A stretch of DNA of 64,000 nt from NCBI GenBank assembly GCA_963666485.2, contig CAXXUO010000001.1, positions 1,088,001 through 1,152,000 of the forward strand. Reading direction: 5' to 3'. Shown piece after piece: positions 10,704 through 21,331 of this stretch; position 1 is the stretch's first letter; the number at the start of each line of letters is the position of its first letter. The translations under genes and the position numbers were made by a program. The DNA is from Syntrophorhabdaceae bacterium (GTDB lineage Bacteria; Desulfobacterota; Syntrophorhabdia; Syntrophorhabdales; Syntrophorhabdaceae). The notes beneath the pieces were generated by a model. That model had not been told where the DNA came from and made no database searches. It saw only the letters and a list, made by a program, of their open reading frames with translations.

Positions 10704-13700
10704 TTACTTAATGGCTTTGTGATACGACTGAAGCGCTTTCACCCTGATCTCGCCCTTGTTTGCGAGGGATGCCTTGATGCCTTCCGCCGTTGCCTTTGCC
10801 GCAGCTGCGGTTGTGATGTACGGTATTTTGTATTTGATGGCCGTTTTCCGTATGTAGGAGTCGTCGTATTTGCTGCTCTTGCCCGACGGCGTGTTGATGA
10901 CCAGCTGGATCTCTTTGTTGTGAATGGCGTCGACGATGTTCGGTCTGCCCTCATGGACCTTCTTTACAAGCTTGCTCCTGACCCCATGCCCGGCAAGGAA
11001 TTTGTGCGTGCCTTCGGTCGCTATGATGGTGAACCCCATTTTGACGAGCTGTTTCGCGACGTCGAGGATCTCCACCTTGTCGTGATCGACAACGGTCACA
11101 AGGACGTTGCCCGAGCGGGGCAGCCTCTGTCCCGCAGCTTCCTGGGATTTGGCGAATGCGAGGCCGAAGGAGTTCGCCATTCCAAGCACCTCGCCGGTCG
11201 ATTTCATCTCGGGGCCGAGTGTCGGGTCAACTTCCGGGAACATGTTGAACGGGAAAACGGCCTCCTTGACGCCGACGTGCGGGTATTCCTTGTGGGTGAG
11301 GTGCATGTCCTTCAGTTTCTTCCCGAGCATGAGCTGGGTCGCGATGCGTGCCATCTGAACGCCGGTCACTTTTGAAACGAGAGGGACCGTCCGGCTTGCC
11401 CGGGGATTGGCCTCGAGGATGTAGACCTTATCGCTGGCAATTGCGTACTGAATGTTCATAAGGCCGACAACTTTGAGTTCTATGGCAAGTTTCTTCGTAT
11501 ACTCGTTGATCGTCTTAATGTGCTTTTCAGCCAGCGTCTTCGGCGGTATCGCGCACGCGCTGTCCCCGGAGTGTACACCGGCGAGCTCTATATGCTCCAT
11601 GATGGAGGGAACGAAGGCGTCCCTGCCGTCGGAGATCGCGTCAGCCTCGACCTCGATCGCGTTTTCAAGGAATTTGTCGATAAGGATCGGCCTGCCGGGG
11701 GTGATGTCGACGGCGGCGTTGACGTAGGACTTGAGCATTTCGTCGTCATAGACGATCTCCATGCCCCGGCCGCCGAGGACATATGACGGACGGACCATGA
11801 GCGGGTACCCGATCCGCCGTGCGGCCTCGATGGCCTCCTCCAGCACGACCGCCGTACCGCTTTCGGGCTGCGGGATACCGATCTTCCTGATTATCTGGCT
11901 GAAACGCTTGCGGTCTTCGGCTATGTCGATACTCTCGGGCGTTGTGCCGAGTATTTTTACCCCTGCGTCCTCGAGCTGCCGCGCGAGGTTGAGGGGCGTC
12001 TGGCCGCCGAACTGGACGATCGCGCCGATCGGTTTTTCTTTTTCGTAAATGCTCAGGACGTCTTCCACGGTGAGCGGCTCGAAATAAAGTTTGTCCGATG
12101 TGTCGTAATCCGTGGAGACCGTCTCCGGGTTGCAGTTGACCATGATCGATTCGTATCCCTCGTCGCGCAGGGTGAATGCCGCATGAACACAGGTATAGTC
12201 GAACTCTATGCCCTGGCCGATACGGTTCGGGCCGCCGCCGAGGATCATGACCTTTTTACGCTTGCTGACCGCTACCTCGTCAGGGGCGTTGTATGTCGAG
12301 TAATAATAGGCCGCATCGGCCCCGCTGACCGGCACCCTGCACCAGGTCTCGTTCTTTCCGAGCGCGGAGCGCCTGCGCCGTATCTCGGGCTCCGCTATGC
12401 CGAGGATCATGGACAGGTACCTGTCGGAGAACCCGTCTTCTTTTGCCTTGACGAGAAGGTGGTCGGGAAGGGAGCCGCCCTTATGCTTGAGCATCTCCAT
12501 TTCGACGTCGAGGATCTCCTTCATTTGCCCGATGAACCAGTGCTTTATCTTTGTTTTTTCGAAAAGCTCGTCGATCGTCGCACCCTTGCGCAGCGCCTCG
12601 TACATGATGAACTGGCGCTCCGAGGAGGGCTCGTTGAGAAGACGCATGAGGTCGTCGAGAGGCAATTCGTTGAAATTCTTTGCGAAGCCAAGACCGTACC
12701 TTTTCGTTTCGAGCGAGCGGATCGCCTTCTGGAAAGCTTCCTTATATGTCTTGCCGATGCTCATGGCCTCGCCGACGGCCTTCATCTGGGTCCCCAGCTT
12801 GTCCTCGGCCTCGCTGAACTTTTCGAACGCCCAGCGGGCGAACTTGATGACGACGTATTCACCGGACGGGACGTATTCATCAAGCCCCGATCCGCGGTAA
12901 TAGGGTATGTCCTTCAGGGTGTACCCGCCCGCCAGTTTTGCCGAGATAAATGCGATCGGGAACCCGGTCGCCTTGGATGCGAGCGCTGACGAACGCGACG
13001 TCCTCGGATTGATCTCGATGACGACGATGCGCCCGGTTCCGGGGTCGTGGGCAAACTGTATGTTCGTCCCGCCGATCACCTGTATCGCTTCGACGATTCG
13101 GTATGAATAATCCTGCAGTTTTTTCTGGACCTCTTCGGAAATGGTGAGCATCGGCGCGCAGCAGAAGGAATCTCCCGTGTGGACGCCCATCGGGTCGATG
13201 TTCTCGATAAAGCACACGGTGATCATCTTGTTCTCGGCGTCGCGGACGACCTCGAGTTCCAGTTCTTCCCAGCCGACCACCGCCTCCTCGATCAGGATCT
13301 GCCCGATAAGGCTCGCGGAGATGCCGCGGCTCGCGATCGTGTTCAGCTCGTCCTTGTTGTAAGCTATGCCGCCGCCGGTCCCTCCCATCGTGTACGCCGG
13401 GCGGATAACGACGGGGTATCCGAGCCGGTCGGCGATGCCGAGGGCCTCTTCCACGGAATACGCGAGCGCGCTCTCAGGCATGGGGATGCCCAGTTTGGCC
13501 ATGGTCTTTTTGAACTCGTCGCGGTCTTCCCCGCGCTCGATCGCATCGGCCTGAACGCCGATGATGCGTACGCCGTGTTTCTCAAGTATGCCCTTCCGGG
13601 AAAGCTCGGCTGCCAGGTTAAGGCCTGTCTGGCCGCCAAGGTTAGGCAGCAGGCCCTGGGGCTTTTCCTTTTCGATGATCTTCTCAAGCACCTCGATGGT

Positions 13701-13916
13701 AAGGGGCTCCACGTATGTCCTGTCGGCCATGCCAGGATCCGTCATGATCGTTGCAGGATTTGAGTTTACAAGGACGATCTTGTACCCCGCTGCACGCAGG
13801 GCCTTGCACGCCTGGGTCCCCGAGTAGTCGAATTCACATGCCTGGCCGATAATGATCGGGCCGGAACCGATAATGAGCACTTTCTTGATGCCTTTGATCC
13901 TGGGAGGCTTTTTCAT
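10704..13916 (-). CDS. carB: Carbamoyl-phosphate synthase large subunit
   Basis: GSGPIIIGQACEFDYSG, duplicated ATP-grasp halves, GPNRIGQGIEFDY, C-terminal MGS domain. Confidence 0.99.
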   Translation of the reverse strand: MKKPPRIKGIKKVLIIGSGPIIIGQACEFDYSGTQACKALRAAGYKIVLVNSNPATIMTDPGMADRTYVEPLTIEVLEKIIEKEKPQGLLPNLGGQTGLNLAAELSRKGILEKHGVRIIGVQADAIERGEDRDEFKKTMAKLGIPMPESALAYSVEEALGIADRLGYPVVIRPAYTMGGTGGGIAYNKDELNTIASRGISASLIGQILIEEAVVGWEELELEVVRDAENKMITVCFIENIDPMGVHTGDSFCCAPMLTISEEVQKKLQDYSYRIVEAIQVIGGTNIQFAHDPGTGRIVVIEINPRTSRSSALASKATGFPIAFISAKLAGGYTLKDIPYYRGSGLDEYVPSGEYVVIKFARWAFEKFSEAEDKLGTQMKAVGEAMSIGKTYKEAFQKAIRSLETKRYGLGFAKNFNELPLDDLMRLLNEPSSERQFIMYEALRKGATIDELFEKTKIKHWFIGQMKEILDVEMEMLKHKGGSLPDHLLVKAKEDGFSDRYLSMILGIAEPEIRRRRSALGKNETWCRVPVSGADAAYYYSTYNAPDEVAVSKRKKVMILGGGPNRIGQGIEFDYTCVHAAFTLRDEGYESIMVNCNPETVSTDYDTSDKLYFEPLTVEDVLSIYEKEKPIGAIVQFGGQTPLNLARQLEDAGVKILGTTPESIDIAEDRKRFSQIIRKIGIPQPESGTAVVLEEAIEAARRIGYPLMVRPSYVLGGRGMEIVYDDEMLKSYVNAAVDITPGRPILIDKFLENAIEVEADAISDGRDAFVPSIMEHIELAGVHSGDSACAIPPKTLAEKHIKTINEYTKKLAIELKVVGLMNIQYAIASDKVYILEANPRASRTVPLVSKVTGVQMARIATQLMLGKKLKDMHLTHKEYPHVGVKEAVFPFNMFPEVDPTLGPEMKSTGEVLGMANSFGLAFAKSQEAAGQRLPRSGNVLVTVVDHDKVEILDVAKQLVKMGFTIIATEGTHKFLAGHGVRSKLVKKVHEGRPNIVDAIHNKEIQLVINTPSGKSSKYDDSYIRKTAIKYKIPYITTAAAAKATAEGIKASLANKGEIRVKALQSYHKAIK

Positions 13917-14132
13917 GGGAGGGTGTCCTTTCGGATTTGCTCTGCATCCTAGCAGAAGAACATAAGCGAGTCAAGCGTTTTCGGGGGTTATCCGGGGCAG
14001 TTTTGCATGACATTCAGGCCACGAAGGGCCTTGTCGACCAGTCAAGACCGATAAAAAGACGTTTTTGTATCAAATTAGGCAAATCTGGATGGTTTTCCAC
14101 AAAGGCATGGGGGCGATAAGGACATTTTTGTA

Positions 14133-15161
14133 TCAGATCGTCCGATTTAATGAGCGGGACCCGGGGTCCTTGATAGACTGCTGGGACATGCCGCTCGGCA
14201 GTGTCAGGCAGAAGATAAGGATCACGGCAAAGAGTATTATCTTCAGCAGAGCAATGCCCGACGACATGGGCCCCCGCTTTCGGAAGGAGATGGGAGCAAA
14301 CTGCATTGTTCCGAGATCGGAATACCTCTTCGAGTATTTCTTCTTTTCTTTTCGGGCTGCGTGGGCGATGATCAGAAGGCCCAGGATGACGACAAGGACA
14401 TAAAAGACCAGCCGCGACCCGGGATTGAAAGATATTCTGCCCGATGACAATGCGAAATAATCGATCATAAACGACCCGACCCCGGACCAGAAAAAAAACT
14501 GACCCAGGGTTTGCCCCCGCCCGGTCCGGGCGCTTCCCGCAAGGAAGAGAAGAATAAAGAATATAATGAGGTCCTTGAGTGCTTCGTAGAGTGCGACCGG
14601 ATGCCTGAAGCCGGCCGCAAAGGGATATTTGAAGCCCCACGAGGCGCTGGTGACCGAGCCGTACAATTCGCCGTTCACGTGGTTCGCTACCCGCACCATG
14701 ACGAGCAGGAGACAGAACGGGATAATGACCTCATCGGCGATGGTAAGGAATTTCTTCTTGTAGAGGTAAGAAAAGGCGAGAGATCCTGCCAGCAGCCCTG
14801 CCACAACCCCCGTGACCGCCATTCCGCCGTGCCAGAATGACGCCATCTCCAGGTATCTGCCGGAGAAGACGCCGCGTTCATAGATAAAAACATCGAAGAC
14901 GCGGCCGACGAGCAAGCCGAGAATACCGATGATGAGCGAAAGGTCGAGGGCCCGTGACGGGGATATCCCGATATATCCCCGCCGGATGATCAGCCATAAG
15001 AAAATGCAGAGGAATCCGAGCGCGTAGGCAAGCCCGTGGTACCAGAAACTTATACCCGATATTTCAGCGAATACAGGATCGGTATTGACGACATAGGGCC
15101 CGTCGAACACCAGCGTAACCCCCCCTCGCAGATCTGCGTTGAATTTTCCCGTTTCTCTCAT
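14133..15161 (-). CDS. Prolipoprotein diacylglyceryl transferase (Lgt)-like protein, atypical
   Basis: DPVF..WYHGLAY, GRV, WHGGM, RVANHVNGELYG, RHPVALYE; several canonical residues changed; C-terminal extension. Confidence 0.8.
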   Translation of the reverse strand: MRETGKFNADLRGGVTLVFDGPYVVNTDPVFAEISGISFWYHGLAYALGFLCIFLWLIIRRGYIGISPSRALDLSLIIGILGLLVGRVFDVFIYERGVFSGRYLEMASFWHGGMAVTGVVAGLLAGSLAFSYLYKKKFLTIADEVIIPFCLLLVMVRVANHVNGELYGSVTSASWGFKYPFAAGFRHPVALYEALKDLIIFFILLFLAGSARTGRGQTLGQFFFWSGVGSFMIDYFALSSGRISFNPGSRLVFYVLVVILGLLIIAHAARKEKKKYSKRYSDLGTMQFAPISFRKRGPMSSGIALLKIILFAVILIFCLTLPSGMSQQSIKDPGSRSLNRTI

Positions 15162-15206
15162 TTTCCTATTCGCACCGAGATATTGTCAACTGAAGAATAA
15201 ATGAGA

Positions 15207-15225
15207 CCCTCCCGTTGCGGGAGGG
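15207..15225 (-). terminator. Hairpin downstream of rubredoxin
   Basis: ccctcccg-ttg-cgggaggg; weak U-tract. Confidence 0.5.
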
Positions 15226-15268
15226 AATTGGGGGACTTGAAAAACTAAAAGTGGGTGTGTGGGGGGGA

Positions 15269-15406
15269 TTATGCTTCTGATTTTTCGAACGCCTCTTTCG
15301 GGGCGTTGCATATCGGGCAATTCCAGTCGTCCTGAAGCGATTCGAACGGGACGCCTTCCGCCTTCTCATCATATTTGTATCCACATATTGAACATGTCCA
15401 TACCAT
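15269..15406 (-). CDS. Rubredoxin
   Basis: [11 protein letters not shown]...[24 protein letters not shown]. Confidence 0.95.
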   Translation of the reverse strand: MVWTCSICGYKYDEKAEGVPFESLQDDWNCPICNAPKEAFEKSEA

Positions 15407-15429
15407 ACGAAAAACCTCCTTGTTTATGA

Positions 15430-15840
15430 TCAATTCTTCTTCTTCCCGGCATCCGAGCATTCCCCGCAGATGCCGTAAAAATCGACACGGTTGCCGATCA
15501 CCTCAAAGCCCTGTTTCTCACCCTCGGTAAGCCCGACCGGAAATTCTGTGAAGATATCCACGACTTTCTTGCACTCGATGCATATCAGGTGGTGGTGCGG
15601 TTCAACATTCGGGTCAAACCGTTTCTTCACCGGGTCTATCGAAAGTTCTATGACCATTCCCTGCTCTTTCAGAGTCTCCATCGTATTGTATACCGTCGCA
15701 AGGGACATTGTCGGAAACCGTTCATTCAGGGCACCGTATATATCGGCCGCTCCCGGGTGTGTCACATTTCCGTCCAGATATTCCATGATCGCTATCCTCT
15801 GGGGCGTCATCTTCATCGTCTTGCGCTTTACATCATCCAT
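15430..15840 (-). CDS. Fur family repressor, PerR-like
   Basis: [30 protein letters not shown]; flanked by rubredoxin and ferritin-like genes. Confidence 0.92.
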   Translation of the reverse strand: MDDVKRKTMKMTPQRIAIMEYLDGNVTHPGAADIYGALNERFPTMSLATVYNTMETLKEQGMVIELSIDPVKKRFDPNVEPHHHLICIECKKVVDIFTEFPVGLTEGEKQGFEVIGNRVDFYGICGECSDAGKKKN

Positions 15841-15864
15841 TTAATATCGCCTATCACCTAATAT

Positions 15865-15894
15865 AGAATAATACCTAAGAATGATTCTTGTCAA
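15865..15894 (-). promoter_or_regulatory. sigma70-type promoter overlapped by a Fur/Per-box-like palindrome
   Basis: Minus strand TTGACA-18-TATTCT; palindrome AAGAATGATTCTT at 15877-15889. Confidence 0.6.
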
Positions 15895-15944
15895 GTATTT
15901 TTTATAAAATAAATATCAAACCCGGTTTTTGTGAAAGACCCGGG

Positions 15945-16469
15945 TCAACCGCCATCCCACATGGGATGTTCCGTCTTGACGAACCAGGCTGCAGGGTTCT
16001 CGAAATACTCCTCGGCATCCCGAAGCGCAAGGTAGTGTTCGTATTCGATGGACGAAAGAAGTTCAAAAAAAGCCTTTTCGCGTTCATCGATGGAAGAGGC
16101 CGCGAGGTCCTTGTAAAAAATGACGCCTTTTTCCTCAAATTCCGCAGCTATCCTGACAGCCTCCCGGTCATTGGGGTCGCATGGCTCGGCCCTGTCGACA
16201 TTTTTGAGTGTCGTAAGCAGGATATCGCGGACGTTGGTCTGGTTGATCGTAAGCGGTACGGTTTCGGGCCACCTTGCCGCTTTTGCCCATTCCTCGTGCA
16301 GCTTCTTCAGTCTTTCATAATGTTCCACCTCGTCCTGTGCTATACGGTTGAACATGGCCCGGCCGACCGAATTTTGCGTCCTTGCGGCATTCTTCAGGTA
16401 AAAATCACGCTCGCGGTCCTCGTTGTTCAAGGCTGCTTCCAATGCATTGAGCCTGTCTTCGCTACCCAT
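15945..16469 (-). CDS. Ferritin-like / rubrerythrin diiron-domain protein
   Basis: Two E..FY / ExxH repeats (DEVEH, IEYEH). Confidence 0.9.
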   Translation of the reverse strand: MGSEDRLNALEAALNNEDRERDFYLKNAARTQNSVGRAMFNRIAQDEVEHYERLKKLHEEWAKAARWPETVPLTINQTNVRDILLTTLKNVDRAEPCDPNDREAVRIAAEFEEKGVIFYKDLAASSIDEREKAFFELLSSIEYEHYLALRDAEEYFENPAAWFVKTEHPMWDGG

Positions 16470-16552
16470 AGCGCACCTCACTTTTTTTGATGTGACTTAA
16501 TATAGGGATGAAAGGGTGGAGAATCAAGGTGGGATAAGCTATGGGGAAAACC

Positions 16553-16688
16553 GTTCAACAGTTCAAGCGTTCAACAGTTCAACGATAAAAGAAGAGATAC
16601 ATTGGATTCCGGTATCATACTTAAGAAGCAACGAAGTGTATTTTTTGCTTTGAACGGTTGAACGGTTGAACGGTTGAACGGTTGAACC
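16553..16688. repeat. Two inverted octamer arrays, (GTTCAAnn)x4 and (TTGAACGG)x5
   Basis: Visible at 16553-16584 and 16650-16688. Confidence 0.9.
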
Positions 16689-16696
16689 TTATTTTT

Positions 16697-17671
16697 TCAT
16701 ATTTTCAGCCTGTCCACGATCACCTCATCTATCCTCTTCTTACCGAGAAGCGCCATGATCAGGCGGTCGATGCCGACGCTGACGCCGGTGCAGTCGTGCC
16801 GTATCGATCCGAGGGAATCGAGGAACGCCTTATCGGGAGGGAATTTCCTTTTCCCCATGCGGGCCCTTATCCGGTTGTCCTCTTCGAAACGCATGAGCTG
16901 CTCTTCGGGGTCGGTCAGCTCGGTGTAGCCGTTCGCTATCTCGAGGCCGCCAATGTAAAGCTCGAACCTCTCGACCATATTCGGCCTGTCACGGAATTTC
17001 TTCGCCATTGTCGAGATGGATGAAGGCCAGCCGTATATAATAAAGGGTTTTTCACGGTCTAATTTTGGTTCTATCTCCTGGATGAACGCCTTGAAGAAAA
17101 GGCTGTTCCAGTCATCTTTATCATCGACCCCCGGGAAGCCCCTGCCGTCTAGGGCCGTGAACAGGGCGTCCCTTGTGAGGGGAAACGGGTCGAACCCCAT
17201 GATACGGAGGAACAGGTGATCGAGTTCGTATACCGTGAACGGGGTGGTGAACCTTTCCTGGTCCGGCAGATCAAGGCGCCGGGCGACCTGTTCGACAAGG
17301 CTGCCCGTCTCCGCCATGATATCCGTGCAGGACCCTTCCCGGTACCATTCGAGCATTGTGAATTCCGTATTGTGTATCTCTTCGAGGTCTTCGACCCTCC
17401 AGACCTTGCAGATCTCGAAGATCCTCGTGTGGCCCGCCCGCAGCAATTTCTTGAGCCCCATCTCCGGCGACGTGTGGAGAAAATAAGGTCCCTTTCCGGA
17501 TACCCACACCTCGAGCGGGTCTATATGCGGGTCAGGTGGAGCGGTTGCCATAAGGTTCGCCGTCTCGACCTCGACATAATCCCGATCGTAAAAGAACTCG
17601 CGCGTGAGCCTGAGCACGTCGTGGCGTGTTTTCAGGATCTCACTTATCTGCTGTATATGGCTGGTTGGCAT
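16697..17671 (-). CDS. epmA: EF-P lysine aminoacylase EpmA (GenX/PoxA)
   Basis: LHTSPEMGLKKLL, HNTEFTMLEWY, ERFELYIGGLEIANGYTEL, GIDRL; no anticodon-binding domain. Confidence 0.93.
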   Translation of the reverse strand: MPTSHIQQISEILKTRHDVLRLTREFFYDRDYVEVETANLMATAPPDPHIDPLEVWVSGKGPYFLHTSPEMGLKKLLRAGHTRIFEICKVWRVEDLEEIHNTEFTMLEWYREGSCTDIMAETGSLVEQVARRLDLPDQERFTTPFTVYELDHLFLRIMGFDPFPLTRDALFTALDGRGFPGVDDKDDWNSLFFKAFIQEIEPKLDREKPFIIYGWPSSISTMAKKFRDRPNMVERFELYIGGLEIANGYTELTDPEEQLMRFEEDNRIRARMGKRKFPPDKAFLDSLGSIRHDCTGVSVGIDRLIMALLGKKRIDEVIVDRLKI

Positions 17672-17738
17672 GGGTCCCCGTTATGCCATGTTATTGCAAT
17701 TCATCGAGCAAATCAGTATACTTTGTCCGTATCTTTAC

Positions 17739-17831
17739 GGAGAGGTGACCGAGTAGGCCGAAGGTGCTCGCCTGCTAAGCGAGTGTACGGTGAAAGCTGT
17801 ACCCAGGGTTCAAATCCCTGCCTCTCCGCCA
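17739..17831 (+). tRNA. tRNA-Ser(GCT)
   Basis: GGAGAGG acceptor, ctcgc-ctGCTaa-gcgag anticodon arm, long variable arm, GGTTCAAATCC, encoded CCA. Confidence 0.97.
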
Positions 17832-17921
17832 AATTATATCGATTCCGGTATATCACAGCTGAATCATCTAATCAAGGATTAGTCAGACAGGAACAGGGTG
17901 GTGCGCGCTTTAAGGCCGGCG

Positions 17922-19880
17922 TCAGCTTTCGTACGGGAAGGTCATCCTGAATTCCGTACCCCCGTCGCGGGACATCTCGATCGTTCCTTCGAGCTGTTCC
18001 ACCAGGGACACGACAAGCTGCATCCCCAGCGTTTCGGTACGGGTAAAGTCTATATCCTCCGGGAAACCTATGCCGTTGTCACGCACGATAAAAGTAATTT
18101 CATCCCCGGTCCGTTTGAGGCCGATCATGACCGTGCCCTCCCTGTCGTCGGGAAAGGCATATTTCATGGAATTTGAGTACAATTCGTTCAATATGAGCCC
18201 CAGCGGTATCGCCGTATCGATGCTGAACTGGATGTCATCCATCGCAACGGAGAGGTCTATGGCCGCCGCGTGGAGGTTGTACGACCGCGATATGTCGGCC
18301 AGCAGTTCCTGCCCGTACTCCCTGAAGTTTATGCGTGCAAGGTCCGTGGAGCGGTACAGCTTGTTGTGGATCATCGACATGACATGGATCCGCTTGCGGC
18401 AATCGTCGAGGAGCTCTTTTGCCTTCACGTCGCGGATCGTGCCGGACTGCAGGTTGAGGATGCTCGACACGACCATGAGATTGTTCTTCACACGGTGGTG
18501 GATCTCCTTGAGAAGGAGCTCTTTTTCCCTCAGAGATGTCACAAGTGCTTCTTCGGCCGCCTTGCGTTCGGTTATATCCTCTATCTGGGATATGAAATAC
18601 GCGGGCCGGTCCGCGTCATCGCGTACCAGGGAAACGCTCAGCAATACCCACACGATGTGCCCGTCTTTATGAAAATACCTTTTTTCCATCTGGTATGTCT
18701 TGATGTCGCCGGAAAGCATCTGTTCCACATACGAAAGATCGGCATCAAGATCGTCCGGGTGCGTTATGTCCTGGAACGTCAGTGCAAGCAGCTCTTCTTC
18801 CGTGTATCCCAACAGTTCGCAGACAGCGCGGTTCACACGGAGCCAGCTCCCTTCCGGTGAAACGAGTGCCTTTCCAATGGAGGCATACTCGAAGGCCTTG
18901 TGAAAACGCTGCTCGCTTATGCTCAGATCGGCCTCGAGCTTTTTCTGCTCGGTAATGTCATGAACGAACGAGAATATAGACAAAAGGTCCCCATGGTTAT
19001 CGAGCAGAACCGAGTTGTGCCATTCACAGACGATCAGCGAACCGTCCTTCCGGTAGTTCCTGTTGATATGGGTATTTGTGGTTTTCCTGCCATGGAACAT
19101 ATCCGCACTGAGGGCGGCCACTCTTTCGGCATCGTCTTCATGGACCCAGCGGATGTCCGTTATTTTTTTACCCAGGATCTCGCCGGCGGTCCACCCGAAC
19201 ATATCCCGTGCCTTCGTCGACCACCGGATGACCCTGTATTCCGGATCGAACCCGACAAATGCAAGGGGGGAGTTCTCCATATGGTGCCTGAGCATGCCGA
19301 CCGCGCGGGTCAATTCCTGTTCCCGGTCTTTCAGCGCCTGCTCGGCTTTTGCCCGCGCAACGGCCTCCGCTATCAGGTCCGAAACCGTTTTCATGAAGGA
19401 AAGATCATGTTCGCTGAAGGTGTCCCGGGTGCTTGTCCCGAAGGACAATGTCCCGATGACATCGTCGTTCCGGGCGAGCAGGGGATGGCACGCGTACGCC
19501 CTGATTCCGTAGGACTTCACGAGCTCGGTGCGCTCATCCACTGTCGAGCATATGTGGTCCGCTATTATCCGCCGGCCCTCGCGCGCCACGCTTCCGCAGA
19601 CAGCAGCGCCATAGTCGAGCCACTGTATCTTCCCGATCTCTTCTTCGGGAATGCCCGAACATGCGTTGAGCCTTAAGCGCCCGGCATTCTCGTCGGCCAT
19701 GAAGTTAAAAAATGCCTGGCAATCGAGGTGGTCCATTACCCTCAGGCCGATGCTCGCGACAGCAGCCTCCGGGTCTGTGGATGAGAGGAGCGTTTCCGCT
19801 ATTGCGGAAATGAGCCGGAAGTTTTCCTCGCCCGGGAGAAGCCTCTTTTCGCTATCTTTCGAGGAGCTTGTGTCGTCCAT
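17922..19880 (-). CDS. GAF-PAS-PAS sensor histidine kinase (HisKA_2 type)
   Basis: [11 protein letters not shown]-box, [17 protein letters not shown]; two PAS/PAC units. Confidence 0.93.
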   Translation of the reverse strand: MDDTSSSKDSEKRLLPGEENFRLISAIAETLLSSTDPEAAVASIGLRVMDHLDCQAFFNFMADENAGRLRLNACSGIPEEEIGKIQWLDYGAAVCGSVAREGRRIIADHICSTVDERTELVKSYGIRAYACHPLLARNDDVIGTLSFGTSTRDTFSEHDLSFMKTVSDLIAEAVARAKAEQALKDREQELTRAVGMLRHHMENSPLAFVGFDPEYRVIRWSTKARDMFGWTAGEILGKKITDIRWVHEDDAERVAALSADMFHGRKTTNTHINRNYRKDGSLIVCEWHNSVLLDNHGDLLSIFSFVHDITEQKKLEADLSISEQRFHKAFEYASIGKALVSPEGSWLRVNRAVCELLGYTEEELLALTFQDITHPDDLDADLSYVEQMLSGDIKTYQMEKRYFHKDGHIVWVLLSVSLVRDDADRPAYFISQIEDITERKAAEEALVTSLREKELLLKEIHHRVKNNLMVVSSILNLQSGTIRDVKAKELLDDCRKRIHVMSMIHNKLYRSTDLARINFREYGQELLADISRSYNLHAAAIDLSVAMDDIQFSIDTAIPLGLILNELYSNSMKYAFPDDREGTVMIGLKRTGDEITFIVRDNGIGFPEDIDFTRTETLGMQLVVSLVEQLEGTIEMSRDGGTEFRMTFPYES

Positions 19881-19915
19881 AGGGGCCCTCCGGTCCCGCC
19901 CTGTCCTGCGCAAGC

Positions 19916-21328
19916 CTACCGGTGCTTGAATTCCATGATGAACCGGGTGCCATTGCCTCTTTCCCTGCGCAGGGACCCGTCAAGCTGCTCGTTCAGCATT
20001 TCGACAAGCTGCATGCCGAACCCGTGCTTTGCGCCCTCGGGCATCCCTGTCCCGTTGTCCTCGACGACGAGCGCCGCTTGATCCCCGTCTGTCAGGAAAG
20101 ATACATATATCATTCCCCGTTCCCTGCCGTCAAAGGCATACTTCATCGCATTCGTGATGAGCTCGTTTATAATGATGCCCACGGCCGAGAGGACCCTCGC
20201 ATCGAGGGTAATGTCCTCAATATCGGTCGTGACGGACACGCTCTCCCGGTTGGCAAAGTTCTCTATGATCTCCTTAACGAGGGCGGGAAGATATTCCCTG
20301 GCAGAGATGGCCCTGAAATCCATCGACCGGTACAATTTTTCGTAGAGGACCGCCATGCTCCGGATGCGGCTTTTCGTGTCCTCGAGCATCGCCAGGGCCG
20401 CGGGGTCTTTGACCGTATCGGATTGCAGGGAAAGAAGGCTCATGATCGTGACCATGTTGTTCTTGAGCCGGTGATGCACCTCCTGGAGAAGTATCTCTTT
20501 TTCGGAAAGAAGCGACCGGACCCTCTCCTCATTTTGCTTGCGATTGGTGATGTCGGACACCGTGCCGGTGAAGAGATATGCGGACCCGTTCGCATCGAAT
20601 ACGGGAAAGCCCCTGTCTTCGACCCATATTTCCGTGCCATCCGGACGAATGACGCGGTACGGGATCACCCATGGTGTGAGATTCGACCTGTGAAGCTCAG
20701 ATTCATCGAGGAAATGCTGCCGGTCTTCGGGATGGATGGCCTCAACGAAAGAGGTCGGTGATTCGTAGAGGCTTTCGGGTGTCCTGCCCCACAGTTTCTC
20801 GTAGGCCGGACTGACATATATCATGCGGTCTAACCCGGGTGTTGCCATCCAGAAGACATCATGGATGGTTTCGGCTATCAGGCGGTATTTTTTCTCGCTT
20901 TCTTCAAGGGATCTCTCAGTCCTGTATTGTTCGGTCACATCCTGTATCTGGGCCACGTAACCGGCCGGCTTGTCGCCTATCGCCAGGGGCGCCACCATGA
21001 TATCAAGCGTGCAGGTCCCTTCCCGGGTCGTCTCGTATAAATTATATTTTTTGACCAGATCGAAACTAAAATCATATGTCCGCCTGACCGTTTCCCCCTT
21101 TTTCAGTCTGGCTTTCATGTCATCGGTAATGTTCGGGTCGTCAAAGAGGCTGAATTTCGCTATTTGCCCGGAGTGAACGACGCCGAACATCTCGAGGCAG
21201 GCCTTGTTTGCCACTTCCAGCCTGCCATCCGCATCATAATACTCGATGGCAATAGGAGATCTATCGAAAATGGCCATGTACCGTGCGAGGTCTAGTTCAA
21301 TGGTTTCCGGTTCTATTGTTGTATGCAA
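19916..21328 (-). CDS. PAS-PAS sensor histidine kinase (HisKA_2 type)
   Basis: [26 protein letters not shown]. Confidence 0.93.
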   Translation of the reverse strand: MHTTIEPETIELDLARYMAIFDRSPIAIEYYDADGRLEVANKACLEMFGVVHSGQIAKFSLFDDPNITDDMKARLKKGETVRRTYDFSFDLVKKYNLYETTREGTCTLDIMVAPLAIGDKPAGYVAQIQDVTEQYRTERSLEESEKKYRLIAETIHDVFWMATPGLDRMIYVSPAYEKLWGRTPESLYESPTSFVEAIHPEDRQHFLDESELHRSNLTPWVIPYRVIRPDGTEIWVEDRGFPVFDANGSAYLFTGTVSDITNRKQNEERVRSLLSEKEILLQEVHHRLKNNMVTIMSLLSLQSDTVKDPAALAMLEDTKSRIRSMAVLYEKLYRSMDFRAISAREYLPALVKEIIENFANRESVSVTTDIEDITLDARVLSAVGIIINELITNAMKYAFDGRERGMIYVSFLTDGDQAALVVEDNGTGMPEGAKHGFGMQLVEMLNEQLDGSLRRERGNGTRFIMEFKHR

Positions 21329-21331
21329 TGT

